NCBI GenBank assembly: GCA_020891255.1
Contig: BQFW01000013.1
Location: 496,001 to 560,000, forward strand
Source of the DNA: Entomortierella parvispora E1425
Lineage: Eukaryota > Fungi > Mortierellomycota
Length of the DNA stretch: 64,000 bases
Direction: 5' to 3'
Shown here: positions 26,147 to 38,815 of the stretch, one piece after another
How the letters are laid out: every line of letters starts with the position of its first letter
Numbering within the stretch: position 1 is the first letter of the stretch
Position numbers and translations under genes: made by a program
Notes under the pieces: model-generated
The model's database searches: none
What the model saw: only the letters and a program-made list of their open reading frames with translations
What the model was told of the DNA's origin: nothing

Positions 26147-27223
26147 TTAAAGCTTGAGGATTCTCTTGCGGACGTTCTCCAATGCCTCGCTGGTGGGGGA
26201 CTTGGCATCCCACTCCAAAACGAGTCCCTCCTGAGCGTTTGGTTTAGGGATGACGTGGAAGTGGACGTGTCCGACAGCCTAGACAATGACAGACAAGTAA
26301 AATAAAATTGCTCAAAGAGTCAGTACGAGTACGATCGGATCCTTCCAAAGAGTTGTGCTGCTTTTGGCGATTGTTTCTACCTGGTGAGCAAGACGGCCGT
26401 TGTTCTGCAAGATGTTGTACTCCTTGCATCCAAGGGCCTGGGCAACCTTCTTGGCGGTGGGCAAAAGGTCAATCATCTCGTGGTCGGGGAGCTCGTGCAA
26501 GAACTCGGCGTGGTCTGTAGGGCAAAAACAAAGGCTAAATGTCAGTCCACTTTTTAACTACAACTCATTGGGCATCAATCAGCAATTGAGTTGTCAGCAA
26601 TGAGTGTCCATTGTCCTTACGCTTGGGAATAACAACCTGTAGGTAAAATAAAAGAAAAGGACGTTGTTTTCGTTTAGTTCATGGGTTCCGGAAGGACGTG
26701 CAGTACCACTAACGGGTGCGCAGAGGGCTGACTTACAGTGTGTCCCTCGCTGAGAGGTCCAATGTCGAGGAAGGCGAGACTATGGGTCAAGGAAAGAGAG
26801 ATAGCAGGGTAAGCGATAGTACGTACTTTTGGACGGGGAAAAAAAAGAAAAAAAACTATTTCTCACGCGTCCCCAACGCGACGAGAAAATCTGGAGGTGA
26901 GACGGGGACTGGATCTTTTTTTCTGCCTGTTCTCAAGACAAGGCTGACTATTCCATGGTCCAACATAGCCTTGACGACAGTTGAACTCCCCCCACGATCG
27001 ACCATAGCAATAAGAACAGAAGGGAAGCAAAGTGACTGAAGAAGAGGTCCTGCTCCAACTTTCGTTGCAACGCCACGCCCTTGGGTTTTGAAGTGAATCC
27101 AAGACTCGGAAGACTGCATTCCATGCGAACCATTCCGTACCTGTGCTCGGTCTCAAAGAGAACCTTGGAGGGAATCTCGCGCTTGACGATGCGGCAGAAA
27201 AGACAGGAAGGACTAGAGGCCAT
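26147..27223 (-). CDS. HNT1: HIT-family nucleotide hydrolase (HINT1/Hnt1)
   Basis: Five exons: MASSPSCLFCRIVKREIPSKVLFETEH / SLAFLDIGPLSEGHT / VVIPK (16 nt) / HHAEFLHEL..YNILQNNGRLAHQ / AVGHVHFHVIPKP, containing the HxHxH triad. Confidence 0.95.
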
Positions 27224-27424
27224 GTTGTTGTTGTTTTGTTGCGGGTGAAATGGGTAGAGAGAAAAGAGTTGCCTTCGGTTGGGTGGGAAAGAATGAAAGC
27301 GAAACCCGTTTGTGACGTGACTTTTTTTTCTCTTCCATGGCAACGACGCGCCCATCTTTTCCGCCATCTTGAGCCGAAAATCAATTGTCCCTGACTCTTT
27401 CCGCATCCCATTTGTTCATCCACC

Positions 27425-28050
27425 ATGCTCAGATTCGCCCTTCCCGCCAGGACCACCCTCATGGGGATCCAGCAGCGCGCATTCTCATCTGTAAGAAAAT
27501 ACCCATGGAAAGAATGAAGAAAGAACGCGGTCCAACTTCTCCGACCGCTCAGTTTTGACTTTGCGGACCTGGTAGTTTCATTTCGTTTCGTTTTCTAACA
27601 AATAATTCCCGCTTCTAGTCTCCTCTCGCCCAAAAGTCCTTCCCAGCTTTGGTTCAGGAGATCAAGGCGACCAACAAGAACATTCACCATCTTTCCCCCA
27701 AGGACCTCAAAGCCCTCTCCTCGACCCCTTCCAACCCCCATGTGATCGACGTTCGTGAGCGCCACGAGATCGAGTCTACGGGAACCATTCCCGGCGCCAT
27801 TGTCCTTCCCCGTGGCGTTCTCGAACGTGATGTCGGCAAGTTTATCAAGCAGGATGATCCCAGAGACGTGGTCGTCTACTGCGCCGGGGGTTTCCGCTCC
27901 ATCTTGGCTGCCGAAAGTTTGGTCCGCCTCGGCTATGGAGTGGTCGAAAAGGAAGGACAATTGGATTCAAAGAACGGAGCCAAGGTCTGGAGCTTGAACG
28001 AGGGCATGGACGGTTGGATCAAGAACGGATTCGAGGTTGAAAAGAAGTAG
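27425..28050 (+). CDS. Single-domain rhodanese/sulfurtransferase with predicted mitochondrial presequence
   Basis: Exon 1 MLRFALPARTTLMGIQQRAFSS (Arg/Ser-rich, no acidic residues). Exon 2 has VIDVRERHE..GTIPGA..VVVYCAGGFRS..NEGMDGW. Confidence 0.88.
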
Positions 28051-28292
28051 AATAAATAATAATGGAGCGTTTTATTTGATGAAATATATAACAGATTTGC
28101 AAAGGAGCAGGAAGACATTCTATGTCAGTGGCCAGCAGGAAATCCTCTAAAGAGACAAAAACTTTTGCTCCTGAACCTCTTTAGACTGGAAACCAAGGCA
28201 CAAAGAGAAAACGATCGTCCGATCCCAAGCATGGTTTCTTCTTTTGAGTCCTCTTCTTATTTCTAGGGATACTGAAAAAAATGGTGCGGTAT

Positions 28293-31200
28293 TTATCCTC
28301 TCTTAAAGTCAAAGAGAGATCGAAGTTCCTTGGGGGAACCAGCGCGTCTCAAGAAATCGTGCTATTGGAGAGATCGTGGGAAAGAGCACAGCTCATGTTA
28401 ATATTAAAATTTCACTTCAAACAAGATATTCATACATGACCCTTCCCAACATGAACAGATAAACTTACGTCCAAGAGCTCTCTGGAAGCAGCACGACTCT
28501 TCACATCCACACACAAGCAAACGGCCAAAAAGTTCTTCAGCTCGGCACTCAAAGTCTCGGGCTTCTTCAAAGTAGGGGTGCCGTTGGTGGCGATCAGGTA
28601 CAGGGCCTTGAGAGGCTCCTCATCCAGGTATGGAGGCTCTTGCTCAATCATCTCAATGGCCATAATACCCAAAGACCAGACATCGACCTTGGCGCCATAT
28701 TCCTTTTGCTTGACAACCTCAGGGGCCATCCAGTAAGGAGTTCCGACCAAAGTCGCACGCTTGTTCTTTTGGTCAGTCAATTTCGCGCAGAAACCAAAAT
28801 CGGCTATTGGGAAAAGTAGAAAATCTCGGTTAATACCACTGCACTGCCGATTGTACTGCGATGATCAGATGGACCGTTTGGGATTCCCAACGTACTAATC
28901 TTGACATGTCCATAAGAGTCCAGAAGGACATTGTCCGACTTGATATCTCTGTGGATGATGTTCTGGCTATGCAGGTGCTGCAATCCTTTGCAGGTCTACA
29001 TTGGCAATAAAAGGAAAGTGAGTCAAAATGCTCACATGCTTCATGAAAAGAAATTAGACCATTAGCGTCTTTAAAACATCTTACCTCCAAGCAGATAACT
29101 GCAATCTGGCTCTCTGACAGTTTGTTGTTGTCGATAACATCTGTCAAAGCACCGCCCTCCATGTACTCCATGACAACCCAGAGCTCCTGACCTCTGACCA
29201 GGAATGAATCCAAGTAGTTGACAATGTTGGGATGTGTCGATTCCTTCATAACCAAAATCTCGTTGACAACCAACTCTTTCCTGGGCTGCATGGAGAGATC
29301 CATCTGCTTGATTGCCACCTTTGTGTTGGTGGTGAGATGTTTTGCAACATAGACCGAACCAGAAGCACTAAGACAAAACAGGGAACATTTCAAGTCAGAT
29401 ACCAACAAACATCAAAGGTACAAAGGAATGACTACTATGGGCGAAAATGACTCTTACCCTTGACCAACTTTTTTGATCTTGCTGTACAGAGTGCTAGGGT
29501 CACCCGAGGAAACAACGCTCTTAAGCTTCTCCATGACCTCCTTTTCCGTCATGGTTGAAATACGTCGCTCCACAACCACCTTGGGGGTTCCAGTGCCATT
29601 CAGAGCCGCTGCAGCATCAGCGACAGCAGGGCGCGCAGCAATTGGAGGAGGGTTGGAGACCGCTTCTGAGGAGGCACCGGGGTATCTGGGCAGGGTGGGT
29701 GAGGTGTTGGTCCTTGCAGGTGGTCCATAGGGGCTTTGTTGGCGAAGACTGGCTGGAGGAGTCGTGGGCGATGGAGGTGGTTGTGCTTGAGAGTACTGGT
29801 GGGGGGCCGAGCTGGATGAGGGGGCGTTGAACTGATGATTGGGTGCACGGGGTGACTATAACCACACATGCAGTTAATAAACGCTCGGACTACAATTATG
29901 CATTCAGCCCAAAGACGGGTAACAACGACATAAACACTTACAGTGGGTGATGGTGGGGCATAGTCTGGGCGCGCATTGGGAGGACGAGGCGAGAGATTGG
30001 GTCGAGAGCCTGAAGGCTGCTGCTTATCGTACAGACCTAGACTCGACATTCTTTGGGTGACAGGAAGGCTGTCAGAGCTCTGGGAACGCTCTGCAATTGT
30101 GGGTCTGGGTTCATCAGGGCGGGCAGGTCGTTGAGGACGATCAGGGCGTGCAGAGGGAGTAGGAGGCTGTTGTCTAGGCATGAGGTTGGCCCAGCGGTCT
30201 CCTTCGCCATCAGTAGGAATAAGAGGGAGGGTCTGTGGGACCAAAGATGGCTCTCCGTACTCTGCCTCGTTTCTCTTTGTTTGATCCGTGTAAAACTCCA
30301 AGACTTCCAAGACTGCCTGGGGGTTGTTTGCATAGTCCTCTTTGGTGATGGCTGATCCTGTCAAGAGCTTGGTCCATGTCTCTGGCAATCCCTAGAAAAG
30401 TTGAAGTCGAGAAGGAGCGGGGTTAATGAACAATTGGTAAATTGATCGGAGATAAGACTTGGCCTTGGCTGAGGACTTACAGTGAAATTGCCAGTATTGG
30501 GGTCAAATCCTACATGGACCTTGTGTACAAAGTTGGTAGGATTGGAGACGCCCATGAGAGGTGATCTAGAGTAGATCTCATGCATCCAGGAGTAAAGCTC
30601 TTCATCGTTCTTGCAAGAGAGGAAATAACTCCTGTCTTTGGTGACGAGTTCGAAACAGTAGGCCTTGAGGTCAGTACGGGTGACGGCGGTGATGTCCTTC
30701 AAGAAAATGAGGACTACGGCTTGCGGCGTGGACTAGTTTTCGTGACGAAGAAGGGAGGAGCAAGGAGAGGGAGTCCCAAAGAGAAAGAAACAAACAAAAA
30801 TGTATTAATAAAACGGGCACAAAAACAAAAGGACGACGAGGACGACCAAACGGACAGCACGGTGCGTGGCATGGGTCCACTTTCTCCTCCCGCCAATCTC
30901 AGGCACGGACGGGGACAGGGCAACACAGGGTCAAACAGGAGACACAAAGAGAAGTCGAGCCGAAAGTAGCAAGCTGGCGCAGGGTTGGAGGGTAATAAAA
31001 TGAAAAAGAGTTGTTCTTTTCCTGCGTGAACACACACGGCGAGAGCAGAAAACAACAAGGGGCACACAAAGGTGGATTTTGACAAAGAGGACCGACCAGC
31101 CAGGGAAAAATAAAAAAAACGTGGAGATGTGGCAACAAGAGCAAACAAAAACGTGCAGCAAGGGCTATCATCATCATCATCACTTGCAGCATCTGGATGG

Positions 31201-31427
31201 GGCGCAGAACCTACCTCGTTGCGATGGAAGCTCAATGTGAGCTCGCGCAGGGTCATGTATCGCTTGGACCAGATGAAGGCCTTGAGGCCTTCCTCCTTGA
31301 CCGAGATGTAGCCGTGCTTGAGAACACCCGAGACGTTGGTGGGAGCCTGGTCACGGAGTGGCTGAATGGGGGTGAGTTCCCTGTACCTGGACAGAGGGTT
31401 GGAGTTGCTGTCTTCGGTGGCGTACAT
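28293..31427 (-). CDS. CLA4: PAK-family Ser/Thr kinase with PH + CRIB + kinase domains (Cla4/Skm1-type)
   Basis: PH domain ([24 protein letters not shown]), CRIB ([16 protein letters not shown]), kinase ([49 protein letters not shown]). About 8 introns. Last exon [22 protein letters not shown]. Confidence 0.92.
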
Positions 31428-32317
31428 GGCGAGGTCGAGAGGTTGCTATGTATGGAGAGTGGTGTAGTTGTAGAGGCGAAGACGGTCCCAAAGGTAGGCA
31501 GACACTGGAGATGAGTGAAAACGATGGAAGGAGCTGGACGTCAAAAAAAAGATGATGAGAGGGAGGCGTGGGTATATGAATTCAAGGGTTCTTTCACGCT
31601 GGACACTTCTTTTGCAGACAAAAAGGACCGAGAGAGAGAAAAAAAAACGAGGAGAGGATGAGGTGGGGGGAAGGAGGTTCGGAGAAATGAAGGACGAAGG
31701 AAGATGATGATGATGATGATGATGGACAGGATGAAAGAAGAGGTCAAAGAAGAGAAGACAAAAAGGGAAAGAAGACGAAAGTAAAAAAAAAAAAAAAAGA
31801 GTACTAGTACTTTTCCACACGGCCACAGAACGAGGTCAAAAGGGACAAAAGGGTCAAAAATCAAAAAAAAGAGCACGGCCGACCGAGGACCACCTCTGTT
31901 CTGTTGTCTCTTTGTTGCTCTGTTCCAAGGGTGGCCGTGGCCGTGGCAGTGGTGTACGATGATCGATCCTTGGATGCTCTCGTCTGTACAGAGTTCTTTT
32001 CGTTACCCTTGACGGACGTCCAAAGGAGCGAGATGTACAGACAGACAGACGGACAGAGACAAAGACAAACAAACAGACAGAGACAGGCCCGACAGGCACG
32101 GACAGGCGCAACAAACGAGGAACCTGCATACAAATATACGACTACCCAATCCTGCTGGCACCCACTGTCACTCCACCCAGCGAGAAAAGGGCCGAGGTCC
32201 ACCCTCGTTGACCAACCAACGGCTGCCCTGCGGACGAGTGAGCGGGGGCGAGAGTCAGACAAAAATCGAACCCTATTTGACTTTGGATTGTCCTTATTGT
32301 GCGATGGGTCCCTTTTC

Positions 32318-32432
32318 TTTGTCTGTCTGTCTGTCTGTCTGTCTGCTGTCTGTCTTGTATCTTGCATCTTGTCCTGGTTGGTCTGTCTTGTCTTCCTGTC
32401 CTGTCCTGTCCTGTCCTGTCCTGTCCTGTCTG
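32318..32432. repeat. (CTGT)n and (CTGTC)n microsatellites in the CLA4/WD40 divergent intergenic region
   Basis: gtctgtctgtct.. and tcctgtcctgtcc.. runs. Confidence 0.85.
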
Positions 32433-32977
32433 TGCCCCCTCGTTCTCTTGGAACTTGACCCTTGACGGAGAGAGAGCACCCTTGTTCTCTAGATTGAGTT
32501 TTTCTCTGCTTCTCTCTATCCGTCTCTCCATATGTGTTCTATCTGTTTGTTCTTTCCATTGTTCCACTGTCCTGTTCTCTGTCTGCTCTGTTCTCTCTTT
32601 CTGCGCCTGCCGTTGTCCGTCCCAATCAAAGCGTGCGCACGTTACGTCACCGCATCCAGTTCCATGCACGTGCTGCAAATCGACCCCTCTCGCGTCCCTC
32701 ACGCGTCGCGCACAACACTGGCCCAAGGCACAAACAAACACACAAAACTCCTCCAAGACGGGCTCAAGGACGACAATCAATCAAAGAACGGATTTCCATC
32801 CATTTCATTCCACCTGCTGTATCCCGCATAGCATCCTGCTTCATCTCTCGGCTCCTTTGACCGCCATCCCTTCCCTCACAACCCACTGATCATTCCTAGC
32901 AGGTCCAATTCAGCAAAATGACTCTCTTGGTATGTACCCCCATCTTTCATATCATCCTCCCATCAGGATTATGGGCC

Positions 32978-35673
32978 ATGGCCAAATCTTCATACAGTCC
33001 CAACCCCTCCGCTGCCGATCAGGGATGGACATGTCCCCTATCCGGATGTGTCCAGTCCACTCCAGGAATCCAGGCCAATGATCCTGGCCACCTGAAGGGC
33101 AAGCTTTTTGTCATCGCCATCCTTGTCCATATTCTTCATACAGCAAAATGTATTTTGAGAGCTGTGCACACTATGCTGGCAGTGCGACCAGTCTCTGGTC
33201 TAGCGCAAAAAAACGCGTCGAGTCATCGATGGGAGTCAATGTTGACATGTTGAAACTAACGAACTGCCTTCTTGTCTCCCTCTTGTTGGAATCGCACCAC
33301 TTAGCCAACGGAACCCCTTGCCCCCGTGGATATCAATACCAAGCCTCATATTGCCACAGGCAAGTTGCCACAGAAAAGGACGGCTGGTAACGAGATTTCT
33401 TCATGAGAGTATGGACTATAAATTAGAATCGGAAAACTGTCGCTAACTATCTCTCCTCCTATCTCTCTCTGCCGTATATTGCTCCAGCACCGGTAACCGA
33501 ATCCATCATTTCAAAATTCAAACGCTCTGCCGGCACCAATGCCAGGACTCCCTACGTGAAGGTAGAGTGCAGCACCTACAGTCAACCGTTTTTGGACTAC
33601 TTGAGATTTGTGTTTAACAAAAGAGTGTTTTTTTAACGTCCCTTTAGCCCGAGAATCCTCTCGATTATAACCCAAGCTACGTTCACAGTCTTGCGCGCAA
33701 GTACCCTGACAGCTATTGGAAAAACCATGCCGAAAGCAAATCTGGCATGATCAACAAGATCAGCGAGGATCATCCTCTCAAGATGGTTGATTGCAACATT
33801 CATGACCAGGCCCCTATTACGGGAATGGCATTGTCTCCTGACGGCAGCATGTTGGCCACATTCTGCAACCTGGGATCGGCAAAAATCTGGAGTCTGGAGG
33901 ACTACTCACTGCTCAAGACCTTGCGCGATGCAAAGGTATATAACGGGACTCAATGTTCATTTGCACTCTCACCATCATGCATGTATTATTTTCCTAACGC
34001 AAATGGCCATTCTCCTAATAGGAAGAACACATTGACGAATACTACGTTGGCACGTTTGTGCCTGATCAAACAATGTTGCTTGTCGGCGGAAAGCTCAAGG
34101 ACCGAAACAACTGGTCGGAGGCTGACGAAGACAACAACATTCTGCCTTGCCCCCTGAAGTTGTTTGACATTTTGACAGGCGAGGTAATCACACAACTGCA
34201 AGGCCACACCGAGGAGTTGCTCTGTGTCAAACGTGTTCAATTCAACGGAGAGAACTACTTTTTGAGTGGAAGCCAGGATGGCTACCTGAACAAGTGGCAC
34301 ATGAGCTCAGACTGGAAGTAAGCTATACTTGGCAATGAACTAGATGCGGTAAATCGAAATCCTCGCCTAACTTTCTAACAACGACTTTGCTTATAGGTCA
34401 TTACAATCAATGGTACAGATGGAGGATGGCGTTACCTGTATGGCTTTCACAGTCTCCTTCGTCCCCAACACCGGCAACAAGTACTTCCTCGCCGCTGCGG
34501 ATGAGAACCTTCGACTTTACGACTTTGAAAACGCTGCTGTAAGTGTCTCGGAGCGACGTTGCATGCATGTGCAATGACTGAAAAGTTGCTTACTCTATCT
34601 TGTTATATGTCTCGGAATAGCTGCTTCAAACATTCGAAAACATGTACTCGTCTTACTGTGATTGTGGCAAGTTCATTCAGGCCGTTGATTTCCCTTTCCC
34701 CCCTCCAGTTCCAGAGGAAGAGGCTGTTGCTCCTGAGGTCGAGCAAAGCGAGTCTATTATCAAGAAGGGAAAGATGAAGGCCGAGGATACCGTGGTGGCA
34801 AAGGCACCTCAACAGTTTGCCTACTTTATTTCAAGAGGAGTGGAGTTGCTCGACTCTGAAGAGCGAATGATTGGTAAGGCCGAAAAAAAAAGACTGCGGT
34901 CCTCAAACAAGTGAGGTGATGGCCTTGTCTCGTCGAATTGATATTAATCTGATAATTTATCCTTCTAGCCAAGGACTATAACTCTTGTACCCTTCACAAG
35001 TTGGTGTACCCAGACACCAAGGGCGGAAAATGGTACCTGACCGAAGTCAAGCGATTCCAGGATGAAGAGTAAGTCAATTGTCTACTTTTCTGGACATTCA
35101 GTGAGACAACCTCTAATTTTTGTCACTCTATAGGTATTTTTCCAACGCATGGCTCATCAAAATCGCATCCAATGGTCGTTACATGATGGCACCAACCTGC
35201 ACTGGCGAGGTGTTTATTTACAATCTGAAGACCGGCCAAGTCACTGGAGTTTTGAAGGACCACGATGGTATGTTTGTAGAACGAAGAGGAGCGTGTAAAT
35301 TGAATAATGACGGTACTAACACACTCTAAATTGACAGATGTCGAAATTCGTGATGTTCTCTTTCACCCCACAAGACCTCTGTTGTTCACCAGCGCTGATG
35401 GTAAGAGGACCTGACATTTGAAGGAGGCAATTTTTGGAGGTGGACGACACCCTAACGTATGAGTATTTACTATGTCATATAGACGGACAGGTCAAGGTGT
35501 ACACCTACAGCAAAGAAGAGGATCTGGAGAAAGCACTCAAGGACTCTGCAGAGACAGAGCGGAAAGCAAACGAAGCTTCAGCCCTGATTTCGGTTGCTGC
35601 AGATCTCTCGGCAGTTTCGGTCAAGGATGCTGATGAAGAAGCGGAGGAAATTTTGAATGTCGATACCCTATGA
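32978..35673 (+). CDS. WD40-repeat protein, family unassigned; multi-exon
   Basis: Repeats HDQAPITGMALSPDGSMLATFCNLGSAKIW, LQGHTEELLCVK..SGSQDGYLNKWH and IRDVLFHPTRPLLFTSADDGQVKVY. About 10 introns, including GC-AG 33360-33487. The start and first exons are uncertain. Confidence 0.8.
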
Positions 35674-36075
35674 TGAGGATGCCGAAAGATGATGGCCTCA
35701 CTGTCAAAGCTGAACCACTCTCTCCGCGCAATCTGCGTGCATAAACTAAATAAATCCTTTTTTAAAAAAACCAACATGAACGTGGCCCCATCGGATCCTC
35801 GGAGGTGATGAAATTGCGTCGCCTGATTGTGTTTTTGGCCAAGGAGACATTACTGATCCTCAGATGGGACCCTCCTCTCTTTTCTTCTTTGCACCTTGAC
35901 CTTGTAACATAGTATCAAAGACCTCTTTGACTCAACCTACTCGTGCAAACCATGAGTAACTGGTCTTTTCGTCGATCACCCAAAGGTAACCCAATATGAT
36001 TCTCAAACTCGAACTTAAACTTGAAACGAAGCACAAATAATCTTATCGCCAATTTGCTCGCTCTCAACATGGACG

Positions 36076-38322
36076 ATGAAAGGTGCAAACATGCGTGACC
36101 CCCAAAAAAGCTGTTCGGCCCCCAGTCTCCCAGTGGGGCCGAAAGCAGCTTCTGAATCCAACAATCCTCTTGTCAAACGCGTCGGATCAACCAAGGATGC
36201 TCTTTACAACAAACTCGACAATGCACTCCAACATTCGCCACCGGCGCCACCAAAGTCCAGCAAGGACTTTCTGGCCAAGCTCAGGATGACTCCAGTCCCA
36301 GATTTGAGGAAAGAGACTTTTCCGAATTCAAACCCCTTCCCAGCTTCCTCCACACTTGCCTCTGCACCCAATTCGCTCCCTCGCTCGCCTTTCTCCAGGC
36401 CGGCTTCCCTGTCAGACACGCCTTCATTCAGCTTTGGAAGTATCAGCGTTCATAGAACTCCTTCTTCCCAATGCACCAAAGACTCAGAGATCACCACGGC
36501 TCAAATTTGCACCATTCAACACACGAACGAGTTACCAATCACTGGTCCTGTAATCTTGGAAGACGAAAGAGATTTTCAGATGAAGACCGAACCCTCGACA
36601 GATCAGATCTTGGTGGAAGGAGACTCTTCCAATGAGTCGTTGTGCATGCCGCTTTCTTCGCTGTGCTCAAGTCAAACTCTCGCTTCCGAAGCATCAGGAT
36701 CGTCCACTGTGGATAAACCCCTCAAAAAAAAGCCTGTTCCCGCGCCGAGACCGCCTTCGAAACGCACCCATGAGACATTGATCAGCTCGCAGCGAAATAC
36801 CAGCGGCGAAACCTCGTCAACAAGAAGCAACGCCGACAGGGATGGCCACCTCGATGACTCCAGCCATAACTGCCTTGCACCCAACAGCTCGCCCGACCAG
36901 TCGTGTCTCATGGACGCGTCCACCTTGATCCGACGCCTGTTCAACAATCCGCTCTTCTCGGATCTCGAGATTCGCGTCAATGGCTCTACCTTTCATGTTC
37001 ATCGAGGCATCCTCGCAGAGCACTGTAGCCACTTCAGGAGCCTCTTTGAGAAAGCTCGACGACAGGATCCAGAGAACGCTGTCAACATGATCGACTGCTC
37101 TTATGTTTCAAGTTCGTCCTCGCTTATCATCGATTGTCAACTGTCTATCCTAAATGGGGTCGACCAGGATCCACCCAAAAGTACAATCCCCATCACAAAA
37201 GTTGACTCGTCCGATCAGTCGTCCAACATTGGCCTCGAGTCTTGCAGTCAAGTCGCGATGCTTCTGAGTGAAGCTGCCTGCGACTCTTCTGTGGTGCTGC
37301 CAGTGCACCAGGGCAGTGCCCAAGATGGTACAACAACAGCCAGAACAAGGACGCAAGCTGCTTTGGAGCACTCTAGCTGTTCGACGCTCAACTCGGTCGC
37401 ACCTGCAACTTTTGCAACTGGACCTGCAAAGATGTCCTTCTCGTCTATCTTTGTGATGGGTGAGCAGACGCAGGGCTACGACGCGCACCACTTTGCCGTT
37501 TTTCTTCAGATACTCTATGGAGTCCTTGCCTTGGAGGCTATACAAGACCTCGACCTTTTGCCCGTGTTTCGGATCAGTTACCTCTACAATGTTCCAGGAC
37601 TGACATCGGCACTCAGTCTACACATCTTGAAGACCGTGGTCCTCTCTGTTAGCACTTGGCCGTCTTTGCTTCGGTTCTCGGAGCGGTATCGATTGCAGTC
37701 GATCAAGCAACGGGCGCTCCACTATGCCAGTCGTCATCGAGAGATCTGGACTTTGGCCGTTGAACTGTTGACTCTGGATGATTTCAAGGAGGTCTTGAGA
37801 GGCATTCGACCGGAAGATGTCGTCAAGTCTGAACCAAGGGTGGGCCTTCCTACCTCTGAGCATTCCGAAGCAAAAGCAATGAGATCTAGGGCGGTCAAGG
37901 ATGAGCTGTTGATGATGTATCTTTTGGTTCATTATCACAGTGGGATCGCGTCGTCATCGTCTTCTTCATTGGATGCGACGCTTTGCAGGAAAAAATCTGT
38001 TTCATCACACATGGAGGGAATTGCTCGACGTCTGAGTATGACTTGGCAGATGAAAGGAATCCAGAGGCCATTGCATCAACAGCAACAGCAGCAAATGAAC
38101 GATTGCACATCGGGATTGGTGGTGGATGCTGGCGAAGGAAGCGAGTGCAGTGCGTCAAAGGACATGTCTGATACAGCAAGAGGGGGCCAACAAAACGACG
38201 GGGCCAAGATGCCGATAGCAGGGCTGCCTATCAGGATGGACAAGGCCGAGAAGGCTCTGTCGTGGATGAAGCAATTCAAACGCGAATGCGGTTGGGATGG
38301 AGACGTGTCTCATTTGAGCTGA
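36076..38322 (+). CDS. BTB/POZ-domain protein (probable Cullin3 adaptor), single exon, 748 aa
   Basis: LFNNPLFSDLEIRVNGSTFHVHRGILAEHCSHFRSLF is the BTB start. FAVFLQILYG..ISYLYNVPGL and a BACK-like helical region follow a Ser-rich insertion. Confidence 0.85.
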   Translation: MKGANMRDPQKSCSAPSLPVGPKAASESNNPLVKRVGSTKDALYNKLDNALQHSPPAPPKSSKDFLAKLRMTPVPDLRKETFPNSNPFPASSTLASAPNSLPRSPFSRPASLSDTPSFSFGSISVHRTPSSQCTKDSEITTAQICTIQHTNELPITGPVILEDERDFQMKTEPSTDQILVEGDSSNESLCMPLSSLCSSQTLASEASGSSTVDKPLKKKPVPAPRPPSKRTHETLISSQRNTSGETSSTRSNADRDGHLDDSSHNCLAPNSSPDQSCLMDASTLIRRLFNNPLFSDLEIRVNGSTFHVHRGILAEHCSHFRSLFEKARRQDPENAVNMIDCSYVSSSSSLIIDCQLSILNGVDQDPPKSTIPITKVDSSDQSSNIGLESCSQVAMLLSEAACDSSVVLPVHQGSAQDGTTTARTRTQAALEHSSCSTLNSVAPATFATGPAKMSFSSIFVMGEQTQGYDAHHFAVFLQILYGVLALEAIQDLDLLPVFRISYLYNVPGLTSALSLHILKTVVLSVSTWPSLLRFSERYRLQSIKQRALHYASRHREIWTLAVELLTLDDFKEVLRGIRPEDVVKSEPRVGLPTSEHSEAKAMRSRAVKDELLMMYLLVHYHSGIASSSSSSLDATLCRKKSVSSHMEGIARRLSMTWQMKGIQRPLHQQQQQQMNDCTSGLVVDAGEGSECSASKDMSDTARGGQQNDGAKMPIAGLPIRMDKAEKALSWMKQFKRECGWDGDVSHLS

Positions 38323-38815
38323 TTTATTCCGGGTAAATTTTGTTAGCGTCAATTATGCAACGCCGCCAAGAAATAAAATGTCCGGCTGAACGCAAAGAAG
38401 AAAGATGCAGGGTTCAATTTTTACGACGACCGACGATTCCAGTTTCTTTTCTGATGCAGTATCAATGAGCTGAATGTGCATCTCGACTCTGAGCTTTTGA
38501 AGGAAAGGACCTTTATGAAAATCAATAAACCGAACAAAATGAACAGAAACGTCAACTTAGGATTGCAGTTCCGTCTCGTCAAAGAAAAAAAAATGCGCCG
38601 TTCTCTCTGCACGGCGCGCTCACGTAGTGCAAAAACCTTGCATCATGAGAGCAATCCACATACATGAAATCCGAAGACCCTTCTTTTTCCTTAAGAGGTA
38701 TAGCCTTTTTTTGTGTTGTTTTTTATTGATACATCTTTTTTTTTTTTTTGTTCCTGAAGGAAAAGGGTCTGTGGGAGGGGGGGGGGGGGGGGGGGGAGGC
38801 TGTTATCTTTGTTCC

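Noticed and set aside
30714-31213. Cys/Phe/Leu-rich continuation of the CLA4 first ORF
   Set aside because: Read-through into intron 1 (donor gtaggt after RNE; the frame resumes at [13 protein letters not shown]).
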